Both the position numbers and the translations under genes were made by a program. Shown here piece after piece: positions 31,180-43,409 of a DNA stretch of 64,000 bases. The DNA comes from Macrostomum lignano (Eukaryota): positions 62,001 to 126,000 of the forward strand of contig NIVC01000022.1 of NCBI GenBank assembly GCA_002269645.1, given 5' to 3'. Each line of letters starts with the position of its first letter. Position 1 is the stretch's first letter. The notes under the pieces were generated by a model. It was given only the letters and a program-made list of their open reading frames with translations, searched no databases and was not told the DNA's origin.

Positions 31180-33830
31180 ACAGCTCCTGGCTGAAGAGCC
31201 TGAAGCAGCAACTCTTTGCCAAAGCCCCCATTTGCAGACAACTGTAGGCTGTATGAAGTTCAGGTTTGCACACTGAGACAGGCAAGTTTTTACCAAAGGG
31301 ATATTATCAATTTCGTGTAGCTCTAAAAATTATAACTTTCATTTGATTACTCTACTAATAGTAGAAATATAAGAAAAATATTTTGACAATAATATGAAAT
31401 GTGTTCTCAATACTGTCCCATAATAGTAAATATAATGGTTATTAATTATGTTTAGGCTGAAAAACTGAATCAACAGCTGTCTGCCAAATAGGACTTTGGT
31501 GAAGAGTTAAAGAGCCTCAGGTCTGCTTGGCTGGATGATATTTACTGACCGCTGCAGTTCGTCAGCGATAGAAATGGCGGTCAATTGCTCATTTTTGTTT
31601 TTTTTCTTGTTTCTCCCGCGTTTTTCTTCAGTCCAGCTGACCAGTGAGCTCCGGTTTTTTTTTTATTTCTGTATCGTCAAAAAATTATTCCTTCGTGCCA
31701 CCGACTTGGAATTTCATTCATTTTTGGCATTGCTCTTCTGAATATTAAAACAAGGCTAAGTTGGCGTCAATTCATCCTATTTAGTTGATTTAAACTGTCT
31801 TTTGTTTCCCGCAATCAGTTTGCAGTCATTTGGTTTGTTCTTCTGCTTCCTCCTCTTGGCTTTTCTTTTCTTTGACTTTGTTTGACTGAACTGACGAATT
31901 TGCTGCCCGTGTTTAATGAAATAAAAAATCAACCCGTCTGATTGGCGCTTGTTGCAATACTAGAACTGCTTTTGACAACTTTCTCTGAAAAATCAAGTGT
32001 TTTCAACCGGTACCTCTTGCCAGGGCTAAATTGCATATATGTAGTTTAGGGATGCCGGAGTCTGAATTGAGAAATGATTGTCAGTGTTAGGAATCCTGGA
32101 GTGTCAGTGATTCAGAATTACTTGCACCAGTTGCACACTGGTGTCAGGATGCCTCGTGTCAAATCAAATTACATAGATTAGTGTCAGCACTGTCAGTGTC
32201 ACAAACCTATAGTGACATGGATAAGAAATGAGTGTCAGAGATTCGGAATAATTCTTAGTTTTACCGAATTTGGTATCAGGGGGTACAGAATTTGTGTCGT
32301 GTAGTGTCAGCCGTCAGAAACAGTGCTAAAAGTCAGTTCGAGTGCTAAATTAAATGTGTTAAGCGATACAAAACCAGTGCCATGCAAAGAGACGCAACAC
32401 AAACTTATACTTGTAGTAGTGCCATGCATGCACACGAGGTCTCAAGCAAAATGTGCTAAGCTAACATATGAGCCAATATAACTAGAATCCAAAATCCCAA
32501 ATCCTAATAAATATCGTTAATCTACGAATATGAAGAGCCTATAGGCTCTTTCTTTACCGTTTGTGGCTAAATCAAGTAAAGCTCAATGTGCTAAGTTCAG
32601 TGGAATCGTTATGTATAAGATATTCTATATGTTTGAGGTCGGTATGTGATTAAATTCCGCGAGAGCCGAAGGCCAAAGGCTCGAGGGATTTACTGTTCTG
32701 AATTTTGCCTTACAGCGTTTAATATGGCCCGGTCAATGAAACTATTGATTTCTTGGCCTGGCCAGTTAAATAGACTACAATGAGCAATCCATGTATTCTT
32801 TCATCCACGGGATCGAGTGATTCAGAGTCAATACATGTATTTCTCTGTGCGCTGTTTGTTCGACGCAAATTGCTATGCCTCTCTGCTCAGTATCAAATCC
32901 ATACTTGGGTTGACTATAGTATAGCGAATAATGCAAGGAAGGGACTGGATTCACAGGTCCTGGCGTTGGATGCAGCTATATACGCTTTTGATCCAGAATA
33001 GGAAAATTTGCTTGAAGATCTTGCCGACCTCCAAGCTGCATGATTATCGGTTGAACAGGATAACCGTCTCTTCCACCAATCAATAGTGTCAGAAAGCCAC
33101 CGCAGGCCGTGACAGGCCAGTCTCAACAGCTGGTCGGGCCCTTTAACAACTGTACATGTACAACTGTACAACCTTTAACTGACAGACCCAATGGCAGACC
33201 AACTCGTCAAGAAGTACATGTACAGTATATAGTTGGCTGAGTTCACGTGTCAGATTTATGAACGTAAATTGACAGTAATTATCCTTTTTTTCTACTTTCT
33301 CTATGTAATTTTGCGCTCGGTGGCTCCCAATTGGGCCGTTTTAGCTGTGCCTGTTTTGGGCGTACTTAGAATATATTCGAATTATAGTTCCACGATTTAT
33401 AATTTAGGCCTCTCAGTGCCCGAGGCTCACGAAGAGGTCCATTTTATTTTATTACCTTTAAATATAACTCGGTCTCTTTTCCGACTTTTTACGACCGTTG
33501 ATTTAGTGCAATCAATAACACAGGACTCATAAATGGACAAAAACGAAACATTATTTTTGTTATGTTATTACAGTGCATGAGTCAGAAAAGTATTTACGTC
33601 GTACAGTTTGTTCTTTCGTGACACGATACCCTGCAATAATAAATAATTAACTAATTGAGTGACCTAATTAAACCGCGCCTGATTAAACGGACCAGACTGT
33701 AAATATAATTACGAGCGGAGACTTTGTGGGGTCTGCGACTTGGGGTGGGGGTTCTGACTGCAATTAGGGAGCCTCCCAGCGCCCCCAGTCGGACTGCTAA
33801 TCAAACACCCAGCCTACCCCTATCTTGAAG

Positions 33831-33985
33831 CTGATTGGCTGCAACAAAATACAGCTTATTGTGTGCGCCGTATCTGCCATGTATGTACATTTCATTTAAG
33901 CTGTCAACAATTAGACAACTTTGCAGTGCAAACCCCAACCTACCAATCACGCCACTAAAATCCCGTCTTCGGCCCTATAAATACA
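33831..33985 (+). promoter_or_regulatory. Promoter of Gly/Tyr gene 1 (CCAAT boxes, TATA)
   Basis: CTGATTGG at about 33832, ACCAATC at about 33942, CTATAAATA at 33975, about 95 nt before the ATG. Confidence 0.6.
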
Positions 33986-34071
33986 TGTAGGGCAGTCGTT
34001 TCGACAAGGCTTCACCAGCAGTGAATTCGCCTTCTATCTACGTCTAATAACACAGCACAGCAGCATCCAGC

Positions 34072-34593
34072 ATGAAGTTTCTGGTCGTGTCTGCCGCCCT
34101 AATTGCGGTTGTTTTCGCCGGAGGCTATGACAGCTACGATAGCTACGGCGCTGGCGGCTACGGCGGCTACGGCTCTGAGGGTTACGGTGCTGGCAGCTAC
34201 GGTGGCTACGAGCCTGGCTACGGTGCTGGCGGCTACGGTGGCTACGAGCCTGGCTACGGCGCTGGCGGCTACAGTGGCTACGAGCCTGGCTACGGTGCTG
34301 GCGGCTACGGTGGCTACGAGCCTGGCTACGGTGCTGGCGGCTACGGTGGCTACGAGCCTGGCTACGGCGCTGGCGGCTACGGAGCTGGCGGCTACGGAGC
34401 TGGCGGCTACGGTGCTGGTGGCTACGGAGCTGGCAGCTACGGTGCTGGTGGCTACGGAGCTGGTGGCTATGGAGCTGGTGGCTACGGTGCTGGTGGCTAC
34501 GGTTCTGGCGGCTACGGGGCTGGCTACGGCAGCAGTGGCAAGGCCAGCAGCAGCAGCGGCAAGGCCAAAGCCAAGAAGGCCGCCCGCCGTTAA
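34072..34593 (+). CDS. Secreted Gly/Tyr-rich structural protein 1 (eggshell/cuticle-like), 173 aa, intronless
   Basis: Signal peptide MKFLVVSAALIAVVFA, then YDSYDSY, GGYEPGYGAG and GAGGY repeats, basic tail KAKAKKAARR. Upstream TATAAA at 33976 and CCAAT motifs. Consistent codon periodicity. Confidence 0.8.
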   Translation: MKFLVVSAALIAVVFAGGYDSYDSYGAGGYGGYGSEGYGAGSYGGYEPGYGAGGYGGYEPGYGAGGYSGYEPGYGAGGYGGYEPGYGAGGYGGYEPGYGAGGYGAGGYGAGGYGAGGYGAGSYGAGGYGAGGYGAGGYGAGGYGSGGYGAGYGSSGKASSSSGKAKAKKAARR

Positions 34594-36064
34594 AGTACAT
34601 CTTGTACTTGGTACAAATCAGCGGATTGCTACATGAGCGAAGAACTGTTTTGTTATAGGATCGTTTATTGCAGATTTATCTGCTAGATATATTAGAACAC
34701 TAGTGACGCAGCTTGCTAAATATAGATAAAATCCTATTAAATTGAAAAAAATTTCAAATCAATTTGACTTCAATTTGTTCCTTTTTCAAACCAACTTCTT
34801 CAAAAAAAGAGGAGAGGGGATCAAAGAGGAGAGGGGAAAAGAGGAGAGGAGAGGGGAACAGGGAGAGAGGAGGGGAAAAGGGAGAGAAGGGTCGGATTGC
34901 TATATGTTGGAGTTTAAAAAGACCGAGTCGGAGGTTCGGATAGAGGGGCTTCGCGGGCATGAGTTTCCCCAACCCCTGCTAAAATTATGATGTCAGTTTG
35001 ATACTAGCTCGTATTTATCAAAGCAATCGCAAAATTAGCAAGGTCATATTTAAAACTTTCCAACGTAATATTACTAGCTACTTGACTAGCTCAGCGTTCA
35101 ATTCGGTACGCTACATTACACTCCATGCAACCATCCGCGCAGATCTTAAAAATCTTATTTAAAATAAAAATTAATTTCTGCTTATCTTGCTGTCTCACCA
35201 AAGCTCCTCGTGACATCACGTGACTGGCGCTTTCTCTCATTTTTCACTCAAGATTGTTTGGATTTTACCCAGTGTGACAATATTTTGACAGCAGTGACCT
35301 TTACCCTAGAAGGTATATTCGCTCTAAGCTTTAATCCCAATCCTTCTGGCAAATTATCCTATAATTTTACTCTCCTTTTCATACATTTTTCGTGTTGATT
35401 TTTTGGACTTAAAATTGCTGAAACTCATAAATCATTTTGCATCGAAATTCGATTATTTTTGGCTGCACCTGTCATTTTTTGACTGTTTCCCGGTCTTATG
35501 GCTTTCCGGATCGAGGGTGGCAACGAGCTCAGCCAATCAGAATTTGTTTGGTGTGCGTTCTAGCAAAGCGGCTCAGCCAATCAGAATCGACCTGTTTCAC
35601 TAACAGGACCAGCTGGGGTCCCTATAATTTTAACCACCGATTTTTCTGGTCTGGTTAAACATTCTGATTCTTCTCCAATTGCGCGCTGCATGATTCCACA
35701 CCCCCGTCCAGTGATATCAAGTTGAATGACATTATTTCATGCATTATGTCCAGAAGCTTGCGTGTACAAGCTTGCTTGCTTGTCTCTCGTTGTCTTTTTT
35801 TAGCTGCTGAGTCTGAGGCCCGACAAGCCTCGGGCCCTCCGATCAACATCAAAGGCTCAAGTTGACCCCATGATGACCCGAAGTTCTGCATCTATTACAC
35901 TTAGCAACAGTCAAAACCGCCACCCTCCCGAGAGAGGCGACTTCTCTCTCACCTCAACTGCAAGTGACGTAACTTGCGCCACAGCGTGGCTAAAGCTGGG
36001 TGAGAGTGAATTCCAGGGTGAGAGTACAAAAGGGACTGGGATTGGGGGAGGGTGCAACAGTACA

Positions 36065-36380
36065 CGTGATCCCGATCGAACATGTCTGGGATTTCTTAAA
36101 GCGCAGAATTCAGCGCGAAAATCCCCCGCAAAATGTCGCACAGCTTCGCCAGGCCATCGCTGACGCTTGGCAGCGTCTTCCACAGGATTTTCTGCGGCGC
36201 CTCGTTCGGGATGCCTCGCAAAGTTGCTGCATGCCCTGCTATACTACAGGCCCGGGGGTGTTACACTCGGTACTGAGTGCTTGACAATCCGAACGGTTAC
36301 AAATTAGCACTACTCAAATGTTTTTTATAAAATAAAATTGATCCAGAAATTGCCGCGTTATTCTAACCGCGAGCTGACTG
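36065..36380 (+). mobile_element. Tc1-like transposase C-terminal fragment with probable TIR
   Basis: PIEHVWDFLKRRIQRENPPQNVAQLRQAIADAWQRLPQDFLRRLV; terminus reads CAGT.. on the minus strand at 36380. Confidence 0.75.
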
Positions 36381-36574
36381 CTAATCTGCTAAGTAAAGTG
36401 CATCCCCTGATTGTAGTATACTAGTGTACTAAGATACGAACAAGACATAAAAATTCAATACTTCATTCGCAGCAGTTCATTCACAAGTATTTCTTCACTC
36501 GTGCAGAGATAATTAGTGTTCACAAAAAACATAAAATCAAAAATCAAAACAGCTGTCGCGTGATAATTAGGGGT

Positions 36575-36770
36575 ATGGGCGGGCAGGCCGGCTTGGTCAC
36601 ATGACATGGAGGAGTAGACTTTCGGGGGTATGCTGGTGAGAGGCTTATTTCGTACCCTTAACCCTATCTCGATACCGATTGGTTCGCGCGAAGTCTTGCC
36701 TGAACATTTCTACCCCGAATTGGGTTGGCGTGGCAAGCTGAACTTGAACCGGTTTATGGCTATAAATAGA
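36575..36770 (+). promoter_or_regulatory. Promoter of Gly/Tyr gene 2 (GC box, E-box-like, TATA)
   Basis: GGGCGG at about 36577, GTCACATGAC at about 36596, CTATAAATAG at 36760. Confidence 0.55.
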
Positions 36771-36876
36771 CCGGCGCCCCATCCAGCAAGAAGCCAGTCC
36801 TGCATGCTAACAAATTATACGTTAATTAGAAAGCATTTTTTGACTTCCCCTGCAAACCAAATTAACCAGCGCCAGT

Positions 36877-37212
36877 ATGAAGTGCCTGCTTGTCCTCTCC
36901 GCCCTGATTGCCGTGGCCTACGGTGACGGCTATGACACAGTCGATATCTACGACACCTACTATGACGGCTACGGGGCCGGGCACTACGACGAACAAGACG
37001 GTTATGGCAGCTACGGATCGGGCTACGGATCGGGCTACGGATCTGGCTACGGATCGGGCCAAGGTTCACGCTACGGATCGGGCCAAGGTTCAGGCTACGG
37101 ATCACCAGGCTATGGTTCCGGCTACGGATCAGGCTATGGTTCCGGCTACGGATCGGGCTATGGTTCAGGCTACGACTCTTACGGTCACGGCAAGGCCTAC
37201 CGCCGCCGTTGA
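36877..37212 (+). CDS. Secreted Gly/Tyr-rich structural protein 2, 111 aa, intronless paralogue
   Basis: Signal peptide [16 protein letters not shown] shares ALIAV with protein 1. Acidic Tyr/Asp segment, GSGY repeats, basic tail GKAYRRR. TATAAA at 36761; AATAAA at 37237 and 37361. Confidence 0.8.
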   Translation: MKCLLVLSALIAVAYGDGYDTVDIYDTYYDGYGAGHYDEQDGYGSYGSGYGSGYGSGYGSGQGSRYGSGQGSGYGSPGYGSGYGSGYGSGYGSGYGSGYDSYGHGKAYRRR

Positions 37213-38174
37213 GCATTGCAGAAGCAACGAGAGACTAATAAAAAAGCGCCCAAAACACTGTGGACGGTTGTAGCATTACTCAATGCACTGTAGATTGCGT
37301 AATATGTACTCGTATTTGCGAATGATTCGAGCATAATTTATTATTTAGTTTTGTTTTCGAAATAAAACGTTCTTCTAATTGAACTTCGCCAATCAAAGCT
37401 TCCCTTGTTGTCGTTTTCCCATTTCCCTTGTTCACCAATCGCGCAAGCAGCCCTGCGCTGCAGATCTGGCAAAAAACGCAGTTTTATTGATTGAAAGCAA
37501 CAACAGGTAAGCAACATTTGACATACGGAAATCTAAGAAATTTCAATCAAAAAAACAGATTTATTTCTCCATGAGGAGGTGAAACTGAAGTCTGCAGTCG
37601 TGCTTCTCTTAAAAGGATAAATTTAATACGCAATTACATGCACACAAATAACCATGTACTATTGTTTAATTATTTATGCATTGTTTCAGTTAATCACAGG
37701 AAACTAAAAAAATCTGGAAATGTACCAATTGATTAATTAAGGCATACAGAGTAAAACAATAAATTGACTTGAATTTCAACTCGCTTGGGGAAAATAGAAT
37801 AACAAAAATGAAAACAGAGATAGCAGCTAATTTGTAGCAGCAGAGGCCGTCTATGTTAGATACAATATTTCAATTTGATAGGCAAAACAAAAGACGGGGA
37901 AAAATCAATCTGGAACAGCCATTAGTAGGCAGGCACAGAAACAGTCCCGCCCGGATAAGAATTCAGAGCGGGCAAATTTGCGCAAATTGCCGCTTTTGAT
38001 TGGCTGATTGGCAGTCTGACGCTGGCGGATCAACATGGCAAATTGAAAACAGAAGGTGCAGCATCTGAGACTGGGAGATAGATAGTACAAATCAAATCTC
38101 TGGTTAAACACGAGCAGTATTTTATTATGGGACTCTGTTGTCACCAGACACAGCACAACACCTGTATTGACCAG

Positions 38175-38220
38175 TTAGTTCCAGATGTCCGTTGGAAAGC
38201 CGCCGCCGCTTGACGAATGC

Positions 38221-38253
<33 letters not shown>

Positions 38254-41219
38254 GGCTTGCCAGCGATTCCCAGGCCCGCCATCTGGCTCTGAATCTGCGG
38301 GGGGCAGCGACTGGTTTCTCAGACATCCTTCATCATTGGCATCGGCTTCTTCTGCCCCCCCCCTCATCTGCATCCATGGCCTCAGCTTCCCACTGGTCCT
38401 TCATCCCTGGTCTCAGCTTCCCACTGGTCCTTCATCCCTGGTCTCAGCTTCCCACTGGTCCTTCATCCCTGGTCTCAGCTTCCCACTGGTCCTTCATCCC
38501 TGGTCTCAGCTTCCCACTAGTCCTTCATCCCTGGTCTCAGCTTCCCACTGGTCCTTCATCCCTGGTCTCAGCTTCCCACTGGTCCTTCATGCCTGGTCTC
38601 AGCTTCCCACTGGTCCTTCATCCCTGGTCTCAGCTTCCCACTGGTCCTTCATCCCTGGTCTCAGCTTCCCACTGGTCCTTCATCCCTGGTCTCAGCTTCC
38701 CACTGGTCCTTCATCCCTGGTCTCAGCTTCCCCCTGCTCCTTCATCCCTGGCCTCAGTATCCCCTGCTCCTTCATCCCTGGCCTCAGTATCCCCTGCTCC
38801 TTCATCCCTGGCCTCAGTATCCCGCTGCTCCTTCATCCCTGGCCTTTATCACATGTACCTGCTGCAGATAAGCGGCCTGACTTGTTGGGGTTGGCCCGTA
38901 GAACTGGTGCTGCTGTTGCTGCTGCTGGAACGGCTGCTGTTGCTGCTGCTGGAACGGCTGCTGTTGCTGCTGCTGGAACGGCTGCTGTTGCTGCTGGAAC
39001 GGCTGCTGTTGCTGCTGCTGGAACGGCTGCTGTTGCTGCTGGAACGGCTGCTGTTTCTGCTGCTGGAACGGCTGCTGTTGCTGCTGGAACGGCTGCTGTT
39101 GCTGCTGGAACGGCTGCTGTTGCTGCTGGAACGGCTGCTGTTGCTGCTGCTGGAACGGCTGCTGTTGCTGCTGGAACGGCTGCTGTTGCTGCGGCAGTAG
39201 AAAGTTGGCACTAGCCTGATTAAACTGAGACTGCTGCTGCTGGTGCCCAGTGGAATACAGCAGGGTGCCAGCAGTTTGGCTGTACAAGCCAGTCTGCATC
39301 ACCTGCTGCTGGTAGAACTGGTGCTGCTGTTGCTGTTGGTACATGTGCGCCTGCTGCCCGGTTGCCAGCATCGGGCTACTCGCCGAGTAGTGCATGCCGC
39401 TTGGTGCGGACACCTGCTGCATCCCCGGCGGCTGGGCAGCGTACAGGGCCATTATGGAGTCTTTAGCCGACATTTTTGGCGGTGCTGCGGCGGCAGCTGA
39501 TGATGAAGCATCCGCCACTGACGAGGTTGGCCAGCTTCCGCCATCATCAAAGATCAAATCCGGATTGACTCGCGGCTGGGTGGCCACCGCCTGCTGCTGC
39601 TGCTGCAGCGCCCCGTTGCCCACGGCAGCGGTGAAGTTGCCGAACTCGGAGTCCGGCGAAGTAGCCAGTCCCGACCCGTATGTCGCGGCCGTTGATGAGC
39701 CGCCGCCAAGAAGGTCATCGTCGCCAATCAGCAGCAAGTCTTGCGCCGGCCGCGCTGCTGGCGGTGGCGTCGGCTGCGAAGCCGCTTCAGCTGCCTTGCT
39801 TGCAGCGGCTGCGGGCGCAGTTGCTGAGCTTGCCGGAGCCGAGGCCGAGGCAGCGGCAGGCGGTCGCGGAATCGCCCCGATGGAGGCGGCAGCGGCGGGC
39901 CGCTGCTGCTGCGCGACTGTGGCGGCGGATGACTTGACGAGGCTGTACACCGAGGACGGGTCCGGCCTGGGCGGCTTAAAGTTGGCGATGAGGTAGCGCC
40001 GGTCCTCGTACTTGGCCCTGATGAACTGCTCCATGCCTGGACGGGTCGGGATGGGGGAGGGGGAATGACTTTTAAAATGAAAAATACTTCGATTTCTTAT
40101 GCCGGTCAATTTAATTTATTGTGCACAAATGTTAGGAGTTTTTGCAGTTGCAACAATCGCCTCTGGCATTCCGCAAGCAAAACCTTTAAACTAGTATCTT
40201 CATTATGTTTTACCGACTCCAGACTCGAGATTATTTAGAAAGAAATTCATTTCGGACTTAGGATTGCAATAAAACTTTTAAAAAACCCAAATCCAGTGCG
40301 TCTGCATAGCGAGCAGGAGAAAAGGGGTGGCGTCTCAGCCCCAAGCCAGGTCAATAAACTGGCAAGCTTGTGTCTGACTTTGACCTCTCCTTACAGCTCT
40401 CTCATTGGCTGAGCTAGATTGGACCTGTCCCCTAGGTTTCGTCCGTCTAATTTTTACCTCTCTCCTTACTGCTCTCTCATTGGCTGAGATATTGATAGAT
40501 TGGGCCTGCCTCCTAGGCTGAGTTTCGTCCGTCTTGCGTTCACTTGTGTACATCGAGTTAAATGCTTGGTGTTCATTCTTAGCCACCCCCACATGCTCCT
40601 CAGGCCGAAATTCCGAGGAAGGAAAGAAAAGTTTTAGCTGCCACATTAAATTCAAATGACCATGCGCAGACAAACTACTGAAAGATGAGTAGACGCTCTA
40701 CTTTTTCACAGCTTTTTTGCGTGAGAGAGCAGTAAAGACAGATGCCTGATCTGGTATCTGCGGTTTGCGGCAGCGCCCAAAGCCCCGGTACGAATTATAG
40801 GTAAATTAAATAGCCTCAAAGCCGCCATAAAAAGCTAAAAACGCACCAGCGTCGCTGTTCGGCCTGCGAAAGCTGCTAGGCAGATTGGCCTCGTAGGCGG
40901 CCCTGGCCAGCGTGTTGCCCATAGCGGCCACCCCGGCCACCTGGTCCAGAGTCCACGAGTCCAAATTAACGGACTTCACCTTGGAGATGTGCACGCCCAA
41001 CTTTCGGTGGATGCCGGCGCACCGGATGCAGATGAACACGCCGATGTTCCAGCTGGCCCAGCGCGGACTCTTGGCCTCGCAGTCGGCGCAGTACTTGTTG
41101 TCCTCCTCTTTGAGCAGCGAGGCTAAGGCCTCCTGCAGCAGCTCTCTATCCTTGTCCGCCTTGCCGCCTGAGGCAGCCGACCTGCCGTTCCGCTTCTGCT
41201 GCTGGTGCAGGTAGCTCAT
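38175..41219 (-). CDS. SMAP1: SMAP1/2-type ArfGAP (stromal membrane-associated protein), 3 exons, 556 aa
   Basis: Exons 41219-40847, 40036-38859, 38294-38175 (phases 1, 0). Canonical [63 protein letters not shown] motif. Terminal exon [10 protein letters not shown]...PTDIWN resembles SMAP C-termini. Confidence 0.88.
38378..38845. repeat. 31/30-bp minisatellite, SMAP intron 2
   Basis: TCATCCCTGGTCTCAGCTTCCCACTGGTCCT, period 31 (38401 vs 38432), grading into a 30-bp variant. Confidence 0.95.
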
Positions 41220-41796
41220 GGCTGGCTGTGGGTACTGGGATGGGGGAGCAACAGTCAATAATTATGATTGCACAATCAAAAAGCAAATGTGCGTTTTGCA
41301 CTTTCCAATTTTTACTTTTCATTTTAAGTTGTTAATTGAAGGCAGAGATTGGCTGCACATAAGATACTTGAGCATATGAATGACAGGGTCACACTTCAAG
41401 TGGAAAAGGTTACTTGGATTGAGACTTTTGACTAAAAAAGCTTAACTGCTCCCATCTTCAATGGAAATCCTACCAGTCTTGCATGCATACAGTTGCAAGA
41501 AAAGCTGTGAATTAAAAATAATCACTTTAATTTCTTTTAGCATGAATGACCTATTCTCAGATTTATTCAAATAAACACTTGCAAGAAGCCTTTTCTATCC
41601 AAAAGTGTCACCAAGCTCATAAAAAATTTGCTCTACAGCAGCCTTTAGCAATTAGCAAACTATTAGCAAAATGTTTTGTGGACAGATGAGACAAACATTG
41701 AGTTGTTTTAGGCCCATTTTGCAGCTCAATATGTTTGATGCAAGCCAAATGAGGCATTTAAGCAAAATAATATAATATTAACTATAAAGCATAGAA

Positions 41797-42412
41797 TAGT
41801 GTTCTGCCATAGCTATGGCTATGGGATCTTATGGCAAATATGGTAAAATAGGTGCCTATGGCAACTACAGATATGCCTACAATAGATAGCTGCTCTACGG
41901 GTAGTTGTTGTCACATTCCGTAGATTCCTGTAGCTGTAGTTATTTATTTAAAAAATAAAAAATATTAGAACCAGGTACAGTAAAACAAAGATACTTTAGT
42001 AAACTGTATTATAGACCTAGAAACTTATAGATTATACTTAATAAAGTACAATAAAACACTAGCAAACTTTAACTTTTATCAATGTGAAAAAGTTTAGCAT
42101 TAGTAATTTCAGTAGTGATTAAGTATTGTTACTCTTTGTAAAAAGGATGAAATAAAATCTTACAAAGACAATCGAGTGTTTGTTTTATTTTCTATCTTTA
42201 TTTGCTGTTGTTTAAGCACCAGGTTATCTTCTTAATTAAAAATATTTTGTTTCCTAGACTTTGTTAAAACTTTGGCAACAGCCATGGGAACTATGGGAAT
42301 ATCGGTAATATTGAGGTCCTTACAGCTACAGACTATAGAGAATTGGAATAAGCCATAGTTTTGCTTATGGCTACGGCTACAGCATATGGACCCTCCTTAT
42401 GACAGAACACTA
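41797..42412. mobile_element. hAT-like MITE (TAGTG termini, 8-bp TSD)
   Basis: TIR TAGTGTTCTG(C/T)CAT; flanks GCATAGAA (41789-41796) and GCATAGAG (42413-42420); subterminal CTATGG/CTACAG repeats. Confidence 0.7.
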
Positions 42413-43094
42413 GCATAGAGATAGCACATCATGCTTGCTTTGGGAGGGCTGCACTGCAAGTAGAACAGGAAATACTGGCTGTTAATTTTAATGTGACAAT
42501 GTTGTTATGCTATAATATTTTTAGTTTCTATCAATATTTTTGTGCTTAAATAGATTTTTTTGTAATTAATATGGGGTTAGGGGGAAAGCCTTTTTATGTT
42601 TAGTTCTAGGAAAAATTCTGTCTATTATTTTATCTACTGTTTTACTATTTTGGTTACCACTTTTTTGCAGTAGGTTTGGAGGTTTTAATGGGTCAGTTTT
42701 GGCGCAGTTTTAAGTGCGGGAGTTTCATGTTTTTTGCTGTAGCCTCTTCCTCTCCCTCCTCACACTCGTCATGCCTCCTTGCCATGTTCCAGTGACACCA
42801 GACAAGACTATTTCCCCTACAGGCTATACAGCCAACCCAAACTGAATTAAACATTAGATTATATTTAGCATACTGGACTTAGTAACTCAACTGCCGCCAA
42901 GACTGTGCCCTAGTAACTTAATATATAAGTTATATTATTATTTGTCAAGTACTACAATCAAATAAATAACCTGGAATAATTAATACCTAAATTTAGTTAG
43001 ACTACAATTATTTTATTTTATTTGTTGAACTGCACTGATTGCTCTGCTACACTAACTTAGTATGAGAAAGCTAAAGCTTGATTATGATTGGTTG

Positions 43095-43390
43095 TTGCAG
43101 CAAGATAATGACCCAAAGCATTCCACTCAGGAATGATTTATGAATAAAAAGCAAAATCTGATAGGTCAAGTCAAAGCTCAGATCTAAGCATTATTAAAAG
43201 TCTCTTATCTGATCTAAAGAAAGCTGTTCACACTTGCAGACCTAGAAATCTAGATGAGTTAAAGAGGTTCTACATTGAAAAATGGGAAAAGATTGCTGCA
43301 AAGCAGAAGAGTTGATTGATTGTCAGTTATAGAAATCAATCAATTGCAGGTCATTATTACTGCTAAACAAGGACAGATGTAAAATAAAAA
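43095..43390 (+). mobile_element. Tc1 (Sleeping Beauty-like) transposase relic
   Basis: QQDNDPKH at about 43098 and DLKKAVHTCRPRNLDELKRFYIEKWEKI. Confidence 0.8.
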
Positions 43391-43409
43391 CATGTTTAAT
43401 GAATGAAAC

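Noticed and set aside
30547-31296. Long antisense ORFs opposite PPIB, KIF4, SMAP, CEP131 and the mariner transposase
   Set aside because: Expected shadow ORFs of GC3-rich coding sequence; no independent motifs or splice signals.
35880-36060. LINE ORF2 C-terminus (WNSL motif on the minus strand)
   Set aside because: A single short motif with no other reverse-transcriptase signature; too weak to call.
38295-38373. SMAP last exon starting at 38367 ([11 protein letters not shown]...)
   Set aside because: The acceptor at 38295 gives [10 protein letters not shown]...TDIWN in the right phase, resembles SMAP C-termini, and has a better pyrimidine tract.
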